A DNA stretch of 64,000 bases from Callorhinchus milii (lineage: Eukaryota): assembly GCF_018977255.1 (NCBI RefSeq), contig NW_024704743.1:93188001-93252000 (forward strand), given 5' to 3'. The translations under genes and the position numbers were made by a program. The first letter of the stretch is position 1. The number at the start of each line of letters is the position of its first letter. Positions 12,806-24,499 of this stretch are shown here, piece after piece. The notes under the pieces are model-generated. The model had not been told where the DNA came from, made no database searches, and saw only the letters and a list, made by a program, of their open reading frames with translations.

Positions 12806-12959
12806 TATTAAATTCTGTCAAGCACTTTGAGGCAAATTTCCAATGTAAAAGGTGTAAGGTTTAACATTACTATAAATAATAATGTGATTTTATAAGATAC
12901 ATTGATTTTATCATTCTGTTCAGATGCAGGTGACATGGTTCTTTGAATATATTATAGTG

Positions 12960-13615
12960 TGTATTACTTGACTATAAATTAAACAACTAACACCAAATAT
13001 ACCCTTTTGCTTAGTATGATTTGATGGCAAATGTGAGATGGAGTACATTTTTCCAACAATATGTCACTCTGTATGATTTGCTTGCTCCCTATTGCCAGCA
13101 GTCTTCATAACTCCTATGTCTCTGATTCCCAGGTTACCTTGTAAATTGGTTTTCTATTTGCTATGACTAACATTTTAGTGATGGACACCACATTTATTTC
13201 AGAACATATGCCGCCAGAGGTCATCTCACCATCTCATCGCTATTATCTGACAGTAGATGAATTGAATGGCAGGAGTGCAATATTCCGGAACTCCCTGCTC
13301 ACATTTTGGCCACTTGCAACTTTAGCCTATCTCCTCCCAAGAAGGTTACAATATATTAAGTATTGACCCCACAAAGTTATAGCATGTAGTTTCAAAGCGA
13401 CATTTATCTACCAATTGGACAATTAGGTGAAGGACTTCAAAAGCTGTATTGGTCTAAGCTGGGAAAGCTCAAAATGTTATTTCTCCTTTATGTGTTCAGT
13501 TGGATGAGTTTCTCAGGACCTGAAATATGGAATCACATGAAGCTGGTTGGCCTAACTAAACTCTTAATAGTTGATACAGTAGCATGAAGAAATCCTTCTT
13601 TTGCATTCTACATGG
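12960..13615 (-). pseudogene. Endogenous viral relic: L N-terminal RdRp region (GHP to pre-motif A), paramyxovirus-like
   Basis: FRS*ETHP (13524-13501; measles FRSFGHP); LKLHA/FVGSILN (from 13395; MKGHAIFCGIIIN); KWP (13315-13307); frameshifted YVLK(D)KC; (R)RLL; P...IILS..YL, all in the expected order. Confidence 0.55.
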
Positions 13616-14229
13616 TATTAATAATAGTCATTATCCTTGCATTTGATATAGCGCCTTATCACATCTTCAAGATGCCTCAAAGCGCTTCACAGAATATACT
13701 GTAAAGTGAAACAAAAACAGAAGTCGCTGGGAACATATTTTTGTTTCAGATTTCCAGCATCTGCAGTATTTCGCACACTGTAAAGTGAATTGACTGTATA
13801 TTCAGTACACTTGACCTTTGAAGATTTTGGGGGGCCTAGGAAAGAATATTTCTTGGTGGGACAAGATCAACTCAATCAATCAACTTTAGACAAACATATA
13901 ACTGAGCTAATCCATTTCATAAGAATAGAACATATGAATCAGGAGCAGGGGTAGGCCATTTCAATCACATCAAGCTAGAATCTCACTCTCCATGGGAAAC
14001 TATAGGTCTGATAATCCATCTAGTCCATACAATCATATTGGCTTCAAATTTAAGAATGTGCAAGTGTGAAAAATTCTTAAATTGAGCCTTAATTTGGAAA
14101 GTAGTTTTCTGCCATTCTTAAAAATAACTGGCTTCAAAAATAAAACTGAATTTAAAAATTTCCATGATTTTGTGCAATCTTATATTTTAAGACAAAATGC
14201 TCAGAGTTAACTTGATGCAACTTCAAGCC

Positions 14230-15130
14230 TTATGTGTGGGTAGATTAGGGCAGTAAAAAGTGTTTAATCTCTTTGAGTTCTGACAGTAGTCAGTGTAATG
14301 GACAGATACAAAAAGGATGAAACATGAAACACACTGACACAGTTGTAGGCACAACAGTTCAGACTGCTGTAACTTAATGGCATGCCTAAGCCACACTCAT
14401 CTCAGAATGTAGGGACCACTACAACAATAAAATTCAAGCATCTCCAGTCAATCCTTTGAACACTAGCAATGAACATTTTTTTTCTTTTGAGAAACGTCAG
14501 TCCAGTATATGTAAATTTGCACAGCCTCTGTAAATTTATTCCTCAAATTAGATACCTTACTGTTATTTGCATGGAACTCTCAGCCTTAAGCATGATAATG
14601 GGTTCCTGCAATATGTCAGACATCCAGAAGACCTCTTGGAATATCACAGCAGAATTTTTCCCCAATAGTTGAATTGTTGGATATGCCATTCTTTCTACAC
14701 ATCACGCTTTCAATAAAAGAGAGTAACAATAAAAATATCTTAATATTTATTTTCTACGTCAGCAACAGCAGTTGAAGATCAAACATGATTGTTAAGTCAT
14801 ATCTATGAAGGGGATGTAAAACCGAAAAACAATGCCAATTTATGCACCACCTTTGCCCATTGTATATTTTCTGAAGATGATTATATCTTCAGTGATTTCC
14901 ATTGATATGGTTAATTGTGTTATTTTCCTTCCTGGTTATATAGTATCCGGTTGAGGTCTATAATGGACTCTTTTGTCATTTTATAATTATTTCTCTTGGA
15001 ATATCTGTGAGTTGGTTAAAGTGTTGGAAAATGATATTCATATTTGATTTATAATTGATCCTCCGCAAATTACATTACTGATCATTTCTACTGCTGCGTG
15101 ACACTGTTTGATGCCTTTGATGATTATGCC
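14230..15130 (-). pseudogene. Possible L N-terminal viral relic(s)
   Basis: MEITEDIIIF and VIFQEVFWMSDILQEPII resemble measles ISRDLVAII and LTFELVLMYCDVIEGRLM. LVFKGL follows downstream. Weak evidence. Confidence 0.3.
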
Positions 15131-15689
15131 TGCAAAGATTTGCTATAAACCATGAGCTGGATCAGAATACAGTTTATCACCATACTAAATATATAAATGG
15201 GAAGAGTGAGAACCACTTTACAAAATTGCAGCTTTATTTTTTATGAGCTCAACAGCAGCAAATTAACTTATTTCACAAAGCAAGTACACCATGTGGCTCG
15301 AAATCCCAGCTGAACAGTCATTTGCATGTTATTACCATGCTCTTAAATATTCTGTTTTAGCACAATTATGGATCTACAATATTTTCACCAAAATGTAATC
15401 TATTGTGCTGGAGCAAAAAAGAATTGCATCAGATTTAAATAATAGTCAGAGAAAGTGGGGAGGAATAGGTAGAGGTTTTGTTCCTATTTTATATGAAGAC
15501 TAGTAAACTCTTCAATGTATTGGTTCTAATTTGCAGTGATCAGTAATAAGGAATAATATGGCTGTTCACCTAGACAAGGCTCAATCACTATACTTTACAG
15601 TAAATGCAGTGAAGCGTGCTGAGACGGTCTCCCGACATGACCAGTGCTATTTCAAAATCAAGGATTATTATTTTTATTATTCCACTTAA

Positions 15690-16300
15690 TCTTATACCGT
15701 TCGACCATTATTTCTTAAAATTTAAGATGGTGCAAGATTGTCATTTCTGAATAGTCTTATTAACAGTTCAGTTTGTGCTGATGATTATTGGAACTATGTT
15801 TGTTTTATACTGCTACATACGTCCATATTCAATTTGTAGATCGATATATTTCCCAATCTTCTCTAGTTTCTTATTTCCTTTGTTGTAATCACTTGGGATA
15901 GCCACATCAATAATGCTTCATGTACAATCTAGTCTTTTTTATGATAATATTGGGTTTGTTACAGATTACTGTTCTATCTGTATGTACTTGTGAGTCCCAG
16001 ATTATTTTGATGTTATCTTTTGTTGTCACTTTTTCTGGTTGATGTTCATACAAAGTATTTACAAATTGCCAAGTGAATGTAGTTAGCTACATTATTATGT
16101 CGAATCAGATACTCTGATTGTGTTGGGGCTGGACATGATGACAGTTTCTGGTATTTGATGACATAGTCAGCATTATTGATCAATGTTTCTCTTTAATATC
16201 TTATTTTCATAATAAAGGGAAGTAATAGCTTAGTATTGTGCTTTGTCAAACAATTGTAGCATTGGTTCATATCTAGGTCTTGTTCTTTCATTTCTCCCTC
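15690..16300 (-). mobile_element. R4-clade (Dong/Rex6-like) non-LTR retrotransposon, zinc knuckle plus REL endonuclease relic
   Basis: C*LCHQIPETV..SCP..EYLIRHNNVANYIH..YEHQPEKV..IIWDSQVHTDRTVICNKPNII..IIDVAIPSD..EKIGKYIDL..IVPIII. Confidence 0.88.
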
Positions 16301-16319
16301 TTCTTTTTTACTTATTATT

Positions 16320-16615
16320 TATTATTAATAATGATTATAATAATAATAATCCTTGCATTTGATATAGAGCTTTTCACGTCTTCAAGACGTCTCAAAGTGC
16401 TTCACAGAATATAGTGTAAAGTGAATCGACTGTACATTTGTGGGCGAAACGTGGCAGCCAATTGCACATAGCAGTGTCCCACAAACAGTCGTGGATTGAG
16501 TGAATAAATTATTCTTTTTTTTGTTTTATTTTCTTGAGGAATTATTATCAGGCATGTGGAGTAAGGAAACTTGCCCAAGTGTTTGCCCTGCCAGGAATCG
16601 AACCCAGGTCTCACA
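16320..16615 (-). mobile_element. tRNA-derived Deu SINE, older subfamily, 5'-truncated
   Basis: Homologous to 18257-18577, with a (TTA)n tail. Confidence 0.85.
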
Positions 16616-17239
16616 CTGATCTCAATGAAAAACATTTGGATATGTCTTAGTAATCCTGTATTCTTAATATTTAGATGTAGATAGCAATATATGGTTAACG
16701 AATGCAATTGTGTAGGTGTCAGCCTACCTCAGTTCATAGCACTCATGCCTCTTAGTAAGAAGGTTGTGGGTGCAAGCATCACACTGGCAATTTGGAGCTC
16801 ATATTCTAGGCTGACATTCCAAGTGCTGAGGGTATGGTGTGTTGTTGTAGATGCTGTTGTTTGGATGAGACCTTAAACTGAGGTTTGCCTGTTCAGGTGA
16901 AATCGTATCCTGGCCAAAAACCCCCAGATAAAATTGGCCATGTATTCCCTTGGCTTCCAGTTTCACCATCAGGATTTCTCTAGTTTTAATAATAATAATT
17001 CTTGTATTTGATATAGCGCCCCATCACGTCACCGAGACGTCTCAAAGCGCTTTACAGAATCTACTGTAAAGTGCAGCGATTGTGTGTTTTGTGGGAGAAG
17101 TGCAGCAGCCAATTGTGCCTAGTAGTGTCCCACAAATAGTCATGGATTGAGTGACTACATTATTATTATTATATTGTAATATTTAGACTATTTCCAGCAT
17201 TGCTTAACTGTCCACTTAACGTAATCTTTGGTAGTGTCT

Positions 17240-17770
17240 AAGGGGCATCTTCAGGACATAACTCAACTGCTGCTTTCAAGGGTTTCACTCGCTGGTGTCT
17301 TCATCTCTTTCTCTCCTGATTTTTACATTCTTTCTCTCCTTTGTGGCTAGGTTTTTACTTTCTTTCTCTCCCTCTGGTTGTTTGTCTTTCTCTGGCTCTT
17401 TACTTCTGTTTTTCTCCCTGCATTCTCATTCCCTTCCTCTGTCTTTGTCTTTCTCTATGTACTGGACCCTCTCTCTGTCCCGATCCCTCTCTCTGTCCCT
17501 TTCACTCTCTCTGACTCTGTCCTTCTCTCTGCTCTGGCCCATCTCTCTGTCCCTCTCTCTGTCCCTCTCTCTGTCCCAGTCTCTGTCTCTGTCCCGGTTC
17601 CTCTCTCTGTCTCTGTCCCTCTCTCTGTCCTGGTCCCTGTCTATGTTTCGGTCCTGGGTTCGGTCCTTATCGCGATCTCTGCTCCAGGACCTGTCCCACT
17701 CTCTTCTTCTGTGTCGATCCCTTTCATGATTGCAGTCGTCCTCCCTGTTTTTGAGCTTGTCTCTGACCTG
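17240..17770 (-). pseudogene. Decayed RD/RE dipeptide-rich coding relic (SR-related protein-like; gene not identified)
   Basis: VRDKLKNREDDCNHERDRHRRREWDRSWSRDRDKDRTQDR...DRERDRDRE...KDRGRE*ECREKNRSKEPEKDK. The frame is kept for about 160 codons with synonymous variation and one internal TGA before the terminal stops. Confidence 0.6.
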
Positions 17771-18256
17771 TTAATATTAACAGTGATAGAGATCATTTGC
17801 TTCGGATGGGTCATTCACCACAAAATTACTACAAAATACAGTCACTACACTTTACAATAAATACTGTTAAGTGTTTTGATGTGATTTGGCACTAAATCAA
17901 GTGCAAGGATTATAATTATTATTAACAAAATCAGTCCCTAATTATGGGCTGTTTTGGTTTGCAATTTTCAAAATGAATTCATTATCATTGGTGATGATAG
18001 CTATCACATCACATTTTGCATCCCATGTCCACAAAAGTACATTCAGTAGATTCTATCGTAGTCAGGACTCTGAGATTCTACTCCAGTGTGAAAGGTGTTA
18101 TATATATAGAAGTTGTTGATGTTATATGCAAGTAGAAAAAACATTGAAAATTGATAAATTGAAAAAAACTACTTATTTTTATTGAATCTGAATATCTCTA
18201 ATTTAGTTTTTTTTAATCTTTTCCATATCTTATTTGTTCTGAAATTAAAATATTGC

Positions 18257-18577
18257 TAATAATAATAATAATAATCCTTGCATTTGATATAGCGCTTTTC
18301 ACATCGGGAGGACGTCCCAAAGCGCTTCACAGAACTGTAAAGTGAATTGACTGTATATTTGTGGGCAAACGCGGCAGCCAATTGCGCACAGCAATGTCCC
18401 ACAAACAGTCGTAGATTGAAAATTACCAATTTATTATTGTTTTTTTTGGTTTTTGGAAGGATTATTATTAGGCGTGTGGAGTAAGGAAACTTGCCCAAGG
18501 TTTCGCCCTGCCTGGAATTGAACTCAGGTCTCTCGCTTGCAAAGCGAGTGCTCTAACCACTGAGCTACAGGACTCCA
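18257..18577 (-). mobile_element. Young full-length tRNA-Ala-derived Deu SINE with L2 tail
   Basis: Head GGAGTCCTGTAGCTCAGTGGTTAGAGCACTCGCTTTGCAAGCGAG...GAGTTCAATTCC (A and B boxes), Deu core and (TTA)n tail. Near-identical to the copies at 30612 and 50845. Confidence 0.95.
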
Positions 18578-19364
18578 CAAATAATAATAAATAAACAGAA
18601 GGGCATTTTTGTACTAATTTTCACTCACAAAATAAATTAACCTTAAAATCCCCATGAAAACAAAGCATTGTGCAGTTTCCTTTATATGCACTGCTTTGGA
18701 AATATGTGTATATGTTTGATAAAGTCACATTTTCCTGTGAGGGAAAAAAAATTGTAAAGCTGGAACGAAGAAATTATTTATTCTGCTTGTTCAGCAAGAT
18801 ACCACTCTGAAAATCATTAATAATTAAATATTAATAGACACCTAGAAACAAAACCCAGCATGCACACTGGAATATTTAATTAAACATACACCAGTGAATT
18901 GAAACATGTGGATGAATAATGAAATAAGCCATATTCCACTGCCTGTTATACAGATATACGCTCAATAGTCCCACAGATCTTAGCAGGGTGCAGATGAGCC
19001 AGTATGTGGCAACACCTGAAAAATAAACAAATCTAACTTTCTAAATATATCCTACTGGATATATTTGGGATCATATACTGATCACAACCCATCTTAGTTT
19101 TTTCATGTTAAATTGTTTATGTTGTTTGTTAGTGTGTGTACATGTGTTGGATCATACTTAATAATCCTTGCATTTGATCGGATCAGAAGGATAGTGTAAA
19201 GATTTCAGTCCAGAAATGTTTCAGAGCCATAATTTTATCTAACTAAGAGAGCATTGGAATAAATGATGGTTCTGCTTGGATTTCAAGCTAACCTTTTGGC
19301 GAAACAAGTGAATTTGCTACTGTTGAGTTATAATCATTACAATCCTTGCAATTGATATAGTATC

Positions 19365-20570
19365 CCTCTCCTTACCTCCCAGCTCAGCTTCTTGCCCCTC
19401 TACTCACAGACATCATCAACCTCTCCTTGTCCACTGGCACCGTTCCCACCACTTTAAAACCAGCCGCCATCACTCCCACCCTCAAAAAACTTCCCTGGAT
19501 GCATTCCTGCTTGCCAATTACAGCTCCATCTCCAACCTCCTTTCCGAGGTCCTGGAAAGAGCCATTGTTTCTCAGTTTCGCTCCTTCCTCTCTCGCAATC
19601 CCTCTATGATCCCCTCCGATTGGGTTTCAGTGCTGCCCACAGTACAGAAACAGCCCTGGTCAAAGTGACAAATTACATTTTGTCCATCTTTGACCAGGGC
19701 TCACTCTGTCTCCTCGTCCTCCTTGACATCTCCAGTGCCTTTGATACTGTTGACCACTCTATCCTCCTCCACCACCCCTCCTCTCACCTCACCTTCATGG
19801 TCCTGTCCTTGACTGGTTCAGATCGTACCTCTCACATCGTCTACACTTTGGCTCCACAAACGGCTTCTCCTCCAGCACCCGCACTCGTCTCGTGCAGTGT
19901 TCCTCAGGACTCTGTCCTTGTCCTCTCCTCTTCAACATGTACTCCCCTCAGGCTGTCAAAAACCCACATTCACAAGTTCATCACATCTAGGCTCGACTAC
20001 ATCAACTCCCTGCTTGCTGGCCTCTGCTCTGTCCCAGTCCGTCTATCTGTCACTGTCTCAGCCTCCCCAACTCTTTCCTCCACAAGCTGCAGATCATCCA
20101 GAATTCTGTAGCTCATGTCCTTTCCTGGTTCAGGCTCCATGACCCTAGCACCCCCACCCTCGCTTGGCTCCACTGGCTCCCCTTCCCCTGGAGGATAGAG
20201 TTGAAAATCCTCGTCCTCACCTTCAAAACTCTCCAAAGCCTTGTTCCTTCCTTCCTCTTTGACCTGCTAATCCCATATCAACCTGTCTACTCCCTCCGCT
20301 TAGCAGACTCCGACTTACTCCACCATCCCTTCAGCCTCTCTGCCCCACCTTTTGGAACTCCATCCCACAGTCCCTTTGCCTTGCTCCCTCCCTTGCCTCC
20401 TTCAAGGCACGTCTCAAGACTCTCCACTTTGGTTGCACCTTCGGCCACCCTCCCTACCCTCCACCACCTGATCCCAATCCCTTGTTCAGGTTCAAATTCC
20501 TGACTCTCCAGTGGCTTGATATGTCCTCCCGAGGTGAAAGGCGCTATAGAAATATAATTTATTGTTGTTG
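19365..20570 (+). mobile_element. L2 LINE RT fragment with internal deletions and 3' tail
   Basis: [12 protein letters not shown]...LLDISSAFDTVDH, SRLDYINSLL, tail GTGAAAGGCGCTATA...(TTG)n. Confidence 0.92.
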
Positions 20571-20779
20571 TACCTTTGACATTGGATGAATGTTTCAAAT
20601 AGTTTCACAGGATCTACTGTAAAATGAGGTGACTGTGTATTTTGTAGGAAAACTAATTTGTGCACAGTAATATCCCACATAGAGCCAATTTTGTTTGGGA
20701 AATTGTTGGCCAGGACACTGGGAGAAAATTGGCTTTTCAGAAAAAGAAACAACAATTTTACGAAACAATGTGTTTGCTG

Positions 20780-21150
20780 CTGAATGCTACAGAGACCTGC
20801 CGTCTGAATTGAACAATACTGAAATATCTTCAGTATGTATAGCCTTGAGCAGCTTTTCAGTCTCTTTCAGTTGAGCTACATTCACAATGATACACAATGA
20901 GAGCAAGACACTGTCACATTTGTGTCCTACAGATCCACATCTCATCTCAACCATGATGATAAATTCCTGCCCCCAAACCTGACCTCTAGGTTGTATCCAT
21001 TTCTATTTTCTGGATGTCATCATTTATTATGTGTCTTCCAAGGACTATCTTCACAATAACAACATGTTGGAAGCCAAGGAGTTGTGGTTGAACAAAAATA
21101 TATTTCTTATCGTTTCTTTTGGATGAATGTCAAGTAAGAGGGGGTAAATA
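20780..21150 (-). pseudogene. Possible L relic (region after the RdRp)
   Basis: IQPR...QEFI...GSVG..DSVL...LKETEKLLK is loosely like measles IVPRAAHEIL..SVTGARESI..LDTTKGLIR. Confidence 0.25.
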
Positions 21151-22419
21151 ATCTTGCTAAATGGACATGATTCAAAGTAGCCTTTCAGTTTTCACCAACA
21201 ATGACAATGCCATCTATCAGGCATTTAGATAGCCATACACGTAAACACAGAAGTCACTGGAAACACACAGCAAGTCAGGCAACATCCATGAAGAGAGGAA
21301 AATGAATCAATGTTTCAGGTCAATGATCTTTCATCAGAACTGTTGGATAGAAGCAGATTATTTAGATAGCCATATTGAGAACATGTCTACACACCCAAGA
21401 TCTCATTGGTAAGCCACAAATTTCCTCATCCTTCTCGATTTCTCTGCCACCTTTGACACTGTTGATCATTCTCTTCTCCACAGCCTCTCCTCTCAGCTCC
21501 TGGTTTCACTCTTAACTTTCCCATCATCTCCACATTGTATATGCGAACGGTTGCTTCTCCTTCAGCCCTCGCATTGTCATGTGCGGCGTCAGTGGTCTCA
21601 GACTGATCTGCTCAGGATATCACTGTCTGTGTGATTAGAGCTTTATTTCGATAGGAAACATTTTAAGCAGATAGACCAGATGTAGTTCAGGCTAACTTAC
21701 ATTTAACAGATCAATCTCACTGGCAAACTTAACAGAAGACTATTTTCTAACGAAGAACACATTTTAAGGTGCAGTTAAGAATGAGATCCATAATTAAGCA
21801 CTATGAAGCAGTGACAAAATTGAATGCCTCAATTGTATATATGTTGACAAAGCAAACTGTACCTCAATTTTTCTTATTATCTGCTTTAGTGGTTAGGTGT
21901 CACCCTGCCTCAGTCACCACTAGGTCAGTGGTTTGTCTCCAGTGCCAGTGCTGGGAGGTGTGGGGTGGTGGGTGCTGACAATGTAAAGTTTTAAACCAAA
22001 GTCTCGCCTGCTTGCTTTTCTGTAACTCTAAATGGGGGCACAGCACAAGTTTGATATAGTCATAGAATATTTACAGCACTGAACAGGGCATCATGTCCCC
22101 TACTGTAGTGCCCTACTCCAATTCCATTCTCCTGCTATTTCTCCATTACCTTTAATATTTTTTCTTAAAAATTATTTTGTTCCACAAAATATACTCCACC
22201 ACCAAGCAGATAAAAAACTTACCTTAACACAAGTCAGTTGCAATACTGTGGAGTCACTCTGTTTTAGTACTGTGGAGTTACTTTATCATTATAATGTAAT
22301 ATTGAAGGTTGATGTATTGTTGTAGTACTGGGGTTTACTGCATTGTTCTGGTATTGGAGGGTGATTCTGTTGTAGTACTATGGGATGTAATGTGCCATTA
22401 ACTTTTGAGAAAGTTGTAA

Positions 22420-22690
22420 AGTGCTGAACAATCCACCCACAAATCATGCTTGAAGTACTTGTTTGTTTATGAAAGATCTAATGAATTGAGCAATGTTTGC
22501 AAATGGTCATAGCACTTAGTTAACAAAATGCAAATAGAACTATGACTGTTGCTTTTATTTAAAGCAATCAAATAATGCATCATTTGCAAACCTGATTTAA
22601 AAAGTTGCAAAAATTTTCCGTAGATTTTACTGAGTAATCTGATCTCTGATGAGCCAATAGATGAGAGACTATAATTGTCCTCTTGTCCCT
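22420..22690 (-). pseudogene. Possible L methyltransferase-end relic
   Basis: SSIGSSEIRLL (22664-22632) resembles VSV SSSQTSEVYMV. It lies in an open frame of about 70 codons. Confidence 0.3.
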
Positions 22691-22709
22691 TTACTGGGGA
22701 AAGGAAAGG

Positions 22710-23110
22710 ATAATAATACCAATCCTTGCATTTTATCATATCATCAAAGTGCTTCACAGGAAACACTGTGAAGTGGAGTGACTGTGTATTTGTATGTGAA
22801 CGCAGCAGTCAATTTGCACACAGCAATGTTCCACAAACAGCCATGAAGTGAACCAGGATAATTAATAGCCAGGATACCAGGAAAAACTCTTTTCTCTTTC
22901 CAAAAAATGCCACACAATCTTTAACATACACCTGAACAAGTAGATGGGATTTCGGTTTAATGTCTCATCCAAAGCATGTTTGACAATACCTTGCTCCCCT
23001 GGTGCAGCATGCATTAGAGTATCAGGCTAGAATCTGAACTCAAAAGTCCTGATGTGGGCTTGAATCCAAAATCTCTGACTCAGAGGCAAGAGTGTCCCAA
23101 ACTGAGCCTG
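22710..23110 (-). mobile_element. SacSINE1-like Deu SINE, full length
   Basis: Head, Deu core and tail are all recognisable. Confidence 0.8.
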
Positions 23111-23119
23111 ACTGCCACT

Positions 23120-23800
23120 TGTTGGTGAAGATTGTACTTGAATGCGATGTCCATCACTCACATAACTTCCTGACATCCATTGCTGTACATAAGAAGAATA
23201 GTTACTTGGAGGAGAGTTAAGAGAGCTGCCAATGTCTTTGGAATCACGTTCTAATGTGAACCACCACCTCTGAGAGAAGTGCTGGAAATCCAAGTCAGAC
23301 ATTGTTGTGAGGACAGTCCATGGTTTTTTCGAAGCACATCTGCTACTTCCAACTGTTTGAGTTACTTTTCAAATTACATTAAGTTTCAGAATGCAGAACT
23401 CTACTAATTAGTTATGTTCAGTTCACAAACAACACCGTTTCCCCTCGCAAGGTTTTCAATGATCAGTCTAAACACATCAATGGAATTAGCTAGTAATCAA
23501 TCCTTCCAAAGTTGTTGGCAGAATTTACTGGACTGAAAGTAATTCATGAGGGGAGAACATAAGTGTAAACAAAATCAATAACACAATGGATCCATAATGG
23601 GCAGGGATAAGGAGCTGAAGTTTGTACGCAATTAACCCAAACAAGAAGCTGCAGCTAATTGAATCATTAAGTGCCTTTTACTAGGGTACATAAAAGAGCC
23701 AAGAATGGAGACAATTGTTTCTTTCTAAAATGTTATGTGCCCTTATTTCGGAAGCAATAAGAAGAGAGGGATTATAAAGAGGGTAGTTTATAAAGTGACT
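23120..23800 (-). pseudogene. Endogenous viral relic: L, end of RdRp into capping domain
   Basis: SLSSYCFRNKG (about 23770-23739; measles LNMSRLFVRNIG), SS..IMDP (23595-23587), LEGLIT, then ADVLRK-(K)PW (from 23343; VSV ADTLRYKSW), in the expected order. Confidence 0.45.
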
Positions 23801-24067
23801 CTAAAAAAGAATCATCTGCCCACATCATTGTTTGCCCACAAAATACAGTTACAACACTTTACACTTTCTCCTGTTAAACATTTTGAGACATCCTTCTGAC
23901 ATGAAAGATGCTATATCACATGTAAGGATTATGCTATATTGTACTGTTATAAAATGGTTACACTTTATATGTCCTGTATTTGATAACTTTCCCTATGCCA
24001 ATGCTGAATGAATCACAATATAGAAACAATATAGAGCACAGCACAGTGACTGGATGGTAAGTTTTAA

Positions 24068-24421
24068 TATAATAATAATAACAATAATACTGCTTGCATT
24101 TAATATAGTGCCTTATCACGTCTTCCAGATGTCTCAAAGCACTTCACAGAATATACTGTAAAGTGAATTGATTGTATATATTATGGGCAAAATGTGGCAG
24201 CTAATTGTGCACAGCAGTGTCCTGCAAACAGTCGTGAATTGAGTGACCAATTTAAAAAAAGGTGATCCCCCAATCGACTAACAATTGGGTTCCTACTTAT
24301 TGCCAGGTAAACAGAGGCGTGTGAATTAAGGAAACTTGCCCAATGTTTTGCCCTGCTGGGAATTGAATCCAGCTTCCTGTTTGTGAGGCCAGTGCTCTAA
24401 CCACTGAGCTACATGACTCCA
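24068..24421 (-). mobile_element. tRNA-derived Deu SINE, older long-linker subfamily
   Basis: Full head to tail. Confidence 0.9.
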
Positions 24422-24499
24422 CTCAATTATATAAAAATCAATTTAATATTTTTACTGTCAAAATTACACTAAATGTCAATGATGTAAATGAAGATGTAG

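Noticed and set aside
17295..17860. Plus-strand Ser/Leu- and Val/Pro-rich ORFs
   Set aside because: These are antisense shadows of the purine-rich RD/RE repeat.
18256..18498. Recurrent MGKFPYSTRL... ORFs
   Set aside because: They are translations of the non-coding SINE.
22240..22390. Spaced repeats TGTAGTACTG resembling an array
   Set aside because: This is a degenerate minisatellite with no constant repeat and unique spacer structure. It is not CRISPR.
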